Below, one piece after another: positions 59,027 through 64,000 of a DNA stretch of 64,000 bases. The position numbers were made by a program, and so were the translations under genes. This DNA is from Sideroxydans sp. (GTDB taxonomy: Bacteria; Pseudomonadota; Gammaproteobacteria; Burkholderiales; Gallionellaceae). Position 1 is the first letter of the stretch. Every line of letters begins with the position of its first letter. The DNA lies in the NCBI GenBank assembly GCA_013824485.1, contig PNNY01000001.1, forward strand, positions 12,017 through 76,016. Direction: 5' to 3'. Below the pieces are notes generated by a model. It saw only the letters and a program-made list of their open reading frames with translations. It made no database searches and was not told the DNA's origin.

Positions 59027-60094
59027 CTAAGCGATTCGTTGATAAAGCCCGCCGGGTAGAGTCGCGACTGCGCCATCCAGCTCAAGTTGCAACAGGATGG
59101 CGGATAGCTCAGCTATCGTCAAGCCGCTACGCTGTGTCAATGTCTCGATATCGACTGCATCGAAGCCAAGTTGAGTCAAAAGAGGATGCTCAGCGCTGCC
59201 ACCAATCTTCACCGCCCCAGAGGCAAAACCCAGCTCCTCCAAGATGTCTTGCGCACTCTCAACCAGTTTTGCACCCTGTTTGATGAGCGAGTGGCAACCT
59301 TTAGACTGGGGCGAATGGATCGAGCCTGGGATGGCGAACACTTCCCTGCCCTGCTCCAATGCCATGCGGGCGGTGATGAGTGAGCCGCTTTGTAGTGACG
59401 CCTCAACCACTAAGCAGCCCTCGCTCAAGCCGCTGATGATGCGGTTGCGACGGGGGAAGTTTGTAGCAAGTGGCGGAGTTCCAAGAGGGAATTCGGAGAC
59501 GATCGTTCCGTGCTGTGCAAGCTGGTGGGCAAGTTCGCGATTGGCAGCTGGATAGACTTTATCCAACCCTGTGCCTACGACGGCAATGCTTGAGCCCACC
59601 CCTTGCAAACCGCCTTTGTGCGCCGCCGTGTCGATACCATGTGCCATGCCGCTGACTACACATAATCCAGACTCAGAAGCAGCTTTGGCAAAAGCTTCGG
59701 CATTGCGCGCACCTTGTGCCGTTGAAATACGACTACCGACGACAGCCAGTGAGCGGACGTTCAATAGATCGATACGCCCCTTCACATATAAAACTAAAGG
59801 TGGGTCGGAGATGTTCAGCAGCGCTTGCGGATACTCCGCATCGGCAATAGTAAGGATGTGGTTGAGTGGATCGTTCAGCCAAGTGGCAGCAACATCCAGA
59901 AGGGAGGCAACACAATCTTCCTTGACCGCTTTTGCAACGGTAGGTTTTACATGCTGTGAGAGGGATGAGACAGAAGCGTCGAGAACAGCATCGGGTGAAC
60001 CAAAGGCTTGCAGCAAGCGCCGCAAACCTTCGTTACCTAGCCCTGATATCTGACTGAGTTTGAGCCAGGACGCGAGTGAGGCGTCTAGCAACAT
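59027..60094 (-). CDS. dprA: DNA processing protein
   Basis: VVGSR, SGMAHGID, FPRRNRIISG, SGSLITA. Confidence 0.96.
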   Translation of the reverse strand: MLLDASLASWLKLSQISGLGNEGLRRLLQAFGSPDAVLDASVSSLSQHVKPTVAKAVKEDCVASLLDVAATWLNDPLNHILTIADAEYPQALLNISDPPLVLYVKGRIDLLNVRSLAVVGSRISTAQGARNAEAFAKAASESGLCVVSGMAHGIDTAAHKGGLQGVGSSIAVVGTGLDKVYPAANRELAHQLAQHGTIVSEFPLGTPPLATNFPRRNRIISGLSEGCLVVEASLQSGSLITARMALEQGREVFAIPGSIHSPQSKGCHSLIKQGAKLVESAQDILEELGFASGAVKIGGSAEHPLLTQLGFDAVDIETLTQRSGLTIAELSAILLQLELDGAVATLPGGLYQRIA

Positions 60095-61162
60095 TTATTC
60101 TGGTGTACTTGCGCGATCCAGCAATTGAACGGGCAACTTCGTTTCCATCACCAAGGCATACGATACCTTGTTGAATACGCGGAACACCATTACCAAACCG
60201 TAACGCATGTCAGGCAAAACGACGTTAGGGGTGAACCAGCCTTTGGTCTTGATGACCTCGCCTTTTTGGTAGACACCCAGTACGTGTCCCACTTCTATTC
60301 CGTCACGCTGGCCTTTGTTCAAAGTGATGACAGCACGCTGTCCGGCTTGTTGAACGCCACCATAGATGGAGATAATCTTGGCATTGATGTTGGTGCTAGG
60401 GGCGTGCGGAAGGAAGTTTGCGGAGTAGCCAGACGCGGCCTGAGCAAAATGGTCGCCTTTGTTGATCTCTAATACTGACTTGGTGATGCGCATGGTGCTT
60501 GGGTCGCCGAATTTTTCAGCAGTGGCATCACCTAGATATAGGACTTCTCGTCCTAACTCTTCGTCAGTATCCGGATCGACAAAGGTCACGCTAGGTCGGT
60601 AGATCTGCCACTGCACACCTTTGTCCGTAGGCAAGTCTTTGGCATAAGCAAGGTCGTTAGCCGAAAGCAATGTGCGCTGTTCATAGGTGCCAACCAGTGA
60701 TGGTGCCGACTCCAACTCTTCCTCCTCAACAACCAGAGGTCTGCTTAAGAAAGAGCCGATGATGTTCAATGGGATAGCAGGGATGGCTTCACTGTTCTGG
60801 CCAACCACGCGCACTTTAGGAGAGAATTTCTCTACGCCGTTGGCTGGTGCGCTATCAGTAGTTTGAGGTGCAACCGAAGTTGCATCGCCAGTTGGTGGGG
60901 TCGTCGAAAGCGTGCCAGAGCGACGATCTAGATAGACCACATTGCCCGGATAGATCCAGTGTGGATCTTTGATGTCCTGTTTGTTGAGCGCCCAGATCTC
61001 AGGCCATTTCCATGGATCTTTGAAGAATTTTGCGGAGATGTCCCACAGGGTGTCTCCCTTAACGACGATGTGGCGATCAGGCGCGTCTTCGCGTATCTGC
61101 ACCTCGTCAGCATTAGCAAGGATGGGCAACAGGAGACAAATCAGCGATATAATCTTGCGCAT
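60095..61162 (-). CDS. LysM peptidoglycan-binding protein (TsaP-like)
   Basis: Signal peptide; VVKGDTLWDIS...PWKWPEIW...HWIYPG. Confidence 0.88.
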   Translation of the reverse strand: MRKIISLICLLLPILANADEVQIREDAPDRHIVVKGDTLWDISAKFFKDPWKWPEIWALNKQDIKDPHWIYPGNVVYLDRRSGTLSTTPPTGDATSVAPQTTDSAPANGVEKFSPKVRVVGQNSEAIPAIPLNIIGSFLSRPLVVEEEELESAPSLVGTYEQRTLLSANDLAYAKDLPTDKGVQWQIYRPSVTFVDPDTDEELGREVLYLGDATAEKFGDPSTMRITKSVLEINKGDHFAQAASGYSANFLPHAPSTNINAKIISIYGGVQQAGQRAVITLNKGQRDGIEVGHVLGVYQKGEVIKTKGWFTPNVVLPDMRYGLVMVFRVFNKVSYALVMETKLPVQLLDRASTPE

Positions 61163-61251
61163 GGAAAACCCCAGCAAAGTAAAGAAATGCGGTGCAAAGT
61201 TTGCGCACCTGTTTAAATTCTGCATGTAGTCTCTTCAGTTGGCAAGCATTT

Positions 61252-61755
61252 ATGGCACTTCTCCCAATTCTGCAGTACCCCGACCCTCGCCTACACAAGG
61301 TGGCTAAATCTGTGGTTTCTGTCACTGAGCAGACCCGTAAACTAATAAAAGACATGGCGGAGACGATGTATGCAGCCCCGGGCGTAGGCTTGGCTGCGAC
61401 GCAAATCGATGTGCACGAGCGCATCGTCGTGATCGACGTATCGGAAGAACATGACGACCTCAAGGTGTTGATCAACCCAGTGTTGCTGAACGCTGAAGGC
61501 GAGGAAGAGAGCGAAGAAGGCTGTCTTTCTGTTCCAGGCATCTATGAGAATGTTACGCGTGCTGAGCGCGTCGTCGTTAAAGCGCTGGATGAGAATGGCA
61601 AGGAATTCAAATTAGAAGCGGATGGTTTACTGGCCGTATGCATCCAACACGAGATGGACCACCTTCAAGGCCGAGTGTTCGTTGAACATCTGTCCCACCT
61701 TAAACAGACCCGCATCCGCGCCAAGCTGAAGAAGCAACGACGCGAGACGCTTTAA
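61252..61755 (+). CDS. def: peptide deformylase
   Basis: [20 protein letters not shown]. Confidence 0.97.
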   Translation: MALLPILQYPDPRLHKVAKSVVSVTEQTRKLIKDMAETMYAAPGVGLAATQIDVHERIVVIDVSEEHDDLKVLINPVLLNAEGEEESEEGCLSVPGIYENVTRAERVVVKALDENGKEFKLEADGLLAVCIQHEMDHLQGRVFVEHLSHLKQTRIRAKLKKQRRETL

Positions 61756-61767
61756 CGGTTCAATCTA

Positions 61768-62703
61768 GTGAGAATCATATTTGCAGGCACTCCCCACTTT
61801 GCCGCTCATGCCTTGGCGGCATTGTTGGACAAGCACGAAGTCGTAGCGGTATTGACGCAGCCGGATAGGCCTTCTGGGCGCGGCATGCAACTGACCACCA
61901 GTCCAGTGAAACAACTAGCACTTCAACGCGGCATCCCAGTAATGCAACCGGTGACGCTAAAGAAAGAAGAAGCGCAAAAAGAGATCGCCGTGCTGAATGC
62001 TGACCTGATGGTCGTCGCAGCTTACGGATTGATCCTTCCGCAAGTGGTGCTACAACTACCCAAGCTGGGGTGTTTGAACATACACGCTTCTTTATTGCCC
62101 CGTTGGCGCGGTGCGGCACCGATACAACGCGCTATCTTGGCGGGAGATAAAGAAACAGGTATCACCATCATGCAAATGGATGTCGGCCTAGACACGGGTG
62201 ATATGTTGTTAAAGAAGGTGTGTGAGATAACGGAACTCGATACGGCGGAGACCTTGCATGACAAGCTTGCTGGGTTAGGCGCACAAGCCATAATCGAAAC
62301 ATTGCAACACGTCGAGCAACAACAACTGCGTCCAGAAAAACAAAATGACCAGTTTGCTACCTATGCGGCCAAGTTGAGTAAAAGTGAGGCTTTGCTCGAT
62401 TGGGCTTTGGAGGCAGTTCAATTAGATCGTGCCGTACGTGGCTACTACCCTTTCCCTATTGCGCACACAACGATGGGGGATACGCCAATCAAAGTCATAC
62501 GCGCCCGCCAACGCCAACAGGATCTTGGGGCAAATGTTGCGGGCACCATTCTAGCCATCGACAAAGAATGCATCTGGGTCGCTTGCGGCAAAGATGCGTT
62601 AGGTATCGAAGTCATGCAAAAACCGGGTGGGAAAGCGCTGCCCATCGCACAATTCGTCCAGAGCTTTCCAATCAAGATCGGTGATCGCTTCGGCGCGTAT
62701 TGA
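61768..62703 (+). CDS. fmt: methionyl-tRNA formyltransferase
   Basis: FAGTP.FA, NIHASLLPRWRGAAPI. Confidence 0.97.
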   Translation: MRIIFAGTPHFAAHALAALLDKHEVVAVLTQPDRPSGRGMQLTTSPVKQLALQRGIPVMQPVTLKKEEAQKEIAVLNADLMVVAAYGLILPQVVLQLPKLGCLNIHASLLPRWRGAAPIQRAILAGDKETGITIMQMDVGLDTGDMLLKKVCEITELDTAETLHDKLAGLGAQAIIETLQHVEQQQLRPEKQNDQFATYAAKLSKSEALLDWALEAVQLDRAVRGYYPFPIAHTTMGDTPIKVIRARQRQQDLGANVAGTILAIDKECIWVACGKDALGIEVMQKPGGKALPIAQFVQSFPIKIGDRFGAY

Positions 62704-62705
62704 CA

Positions 62706-63983
62706 ATGCAACTTATCCAACTCGAAGCAGCAAGGATCATCATCAGCGTCTTTGAAGGGCGCAACCTCAATCAAGTGTTGTCGGAGAGCTTGCGTCAACA
62801 TACAGCGTACACCGCGCAAGAACGCGGCGCTTTGCAAGACTTGTGTTACGGCACCTTGCGTCATTACGGCAAACTCGCGTTCATGCGTGATCAGTTGATG
62901 GACCATCCTGCGCGTGACCCGCTGATCCAATATTTGCTATTGATCGCGCTGTATCAACTTGAATTCACCAAGGCGGGACAGTATGTGATCGTGGATCAAG
63001 CCGTGAGTGCAGCGAAACGCCTCAATCCAAGATCGGGTGGTTTGATCAACGCGGTGTTACGCAATTATCTGCGTCAGCGCGAATCGTTGTTGCTTGCGGC
63101 GGATACTGAAGATGCAAGCAAGTACTCTTATCCTCAATGGTGGATAGATGCTCTAAAAAAGCAGTACGGCGAAAAAGCTCAAGCCATCCTCGCTGCGGGG
63201 AATCAACATCCCCCCATGACATTGCGGGTCAACGCTAGGCATACGAGTGCATCTAAATATCTAGCCTTGCTCGAAACGCAGGGTATCGCTGCGCGAATCG
63301 TGGCACCCGATGCGCTCATCGTGAATGACCCAGTCGGAGTAGAACGCTTGCCGAAGTTCGCTGAAGGGTGGGTATCGGTACAGGATGCGGGTGCACAATA
63401 TGCAGCACAGCTATTGCAGGTCAGCGCGGGTATGCGAGTGTTGGATGCTTGCTCAGCGCCCGGCGGTAAAGCGGCGCATCTGTTGGAGATGGCGGATATC
63501 GAATTGCTGGCGTTGGATAAAGAAGAGCAACGCCTCACACGCGTGAGAGAGAATCTACAAAGGCTGGGTTTGCAGGCGCAGGTGGTCTGTGGTGACGCCG
63601 CGACACCGAACGATTGGTGGGATGGCAAGCTGTTCCAGCGTATCTTGGCCGATGTGCCCTGCTCCGCTTCGGGCGTAGTACGGCGTCATCCAGATATAAA
63701 GTGGCTACGTCGCCCAGCGGATATTGATTCATTCGCCAGACAGCAAGCGCAGATATTGGAAGCATTGTGGGCACTGTTGGATAACGGTGGTAGATTGCTC
63801 TACTGTACGTGTTCTGTCTTTGCGAGAGAGAACCAATACGTGATCGATGGCTTTTTAGCAAAGCATCCCGAAGCCTTACAAGAGATGACGCCCCTGATTA
63901 CGGATGTTGCGACTACAGGGCAATTGTTGCCAGACGAACAGCACGATGGATTCTTTTATGCGTTGCTGCACAAACATCATTAA
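62706..63983 (+). CDS. rsmB: 16S rRNA m5C967 methyltransferase
   Basis: NusB-like N-terminus, DACSAPGGK, DVPCSASG, YCTCS, HDGFFYA. Confidence 0.95.
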   Translation: MQLIQLEAARIIISVFEGRNLNQVLSESLRQHTAYTAQERGALQDLCYGTLRHYGKLAFMRDQLMDHPARDPLIQYLLLIALYQLEFTKAGQYVIVDQAVSAAKRLNPRSGGLINAVLRNYLRQRESLLLAADTEDASKYSYPQWWIDALKKQYGEKAQAILAAGNQHPPMTLRVNARHTSASKYLALLETQGIAARIVAPDALIVNDPVGVERLPKFAEGWVSVQDAGAQYAAQLLQVSAGMRVLDACSAPGGKAAHLLEMADIELLALDKEEQRLTRVRENLQRLGLQAQVVCGDAATPNDWWDGKLFQRILADVPCSASGVVRRHPDIKWLRRPADIDSFARQQAQILEALWALLDNGGRLLYCTCSVFARENQYVIDGFLAKHPEALQEMTPLITDVATTGQLLPDEQHDGFFYALLHKHH

Positions 63984-64000
63984 GGAACTCATCAGAGCAG

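Overview
This window is the replication-origin region of a betaproteobacterial chromosome. A Gallionellaceae-like (Sideroxydans/Gallionella) source is my inference from gene order and protein style. About 57 kb is core genome: trkA-trkH, pilGHIJ-chpA, phrB, yqgE-yqgF-pyrB-pyrC', prlC, xth, rluA, ubiB, glmS-glmU, the atp operon, parB-parA-rsmG-mnmG-mnmE-yidC-yidD-rnpA-rpmH, dnaA-oriC-dnaN-gyrB, topA-smg-dprA-lysM and def-fmt-rsmB, plus two parS sites. The first ~5.9 kb is the end of a genomic island that appears to have inserted into a peroxiredoxin-like gene while carrying an intact homologue. The island holds an integron cassette (ribokinase with attC), an HD-GYP gene bracketed by a family of 29-bp recombination-site-like repeats, an XRE regulator, and a transposase-less 1010-bp element (perfect 25-bp TIRs, 8-bp target duplication) carrying mqsRA. 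A second integrase-less cassette array sits between xth and rluA and encodes a PD-(D/E)XK-like nuclease. Smaller oddities are a palindrome present both upstream of and inside an ORF6N gene, a mirror copy of the glmS 3' end (the Tn7 TnsD target), and several hairpin elements, one inserted in-frame in rluA. All annotations come from motif recognition; no searches were run.
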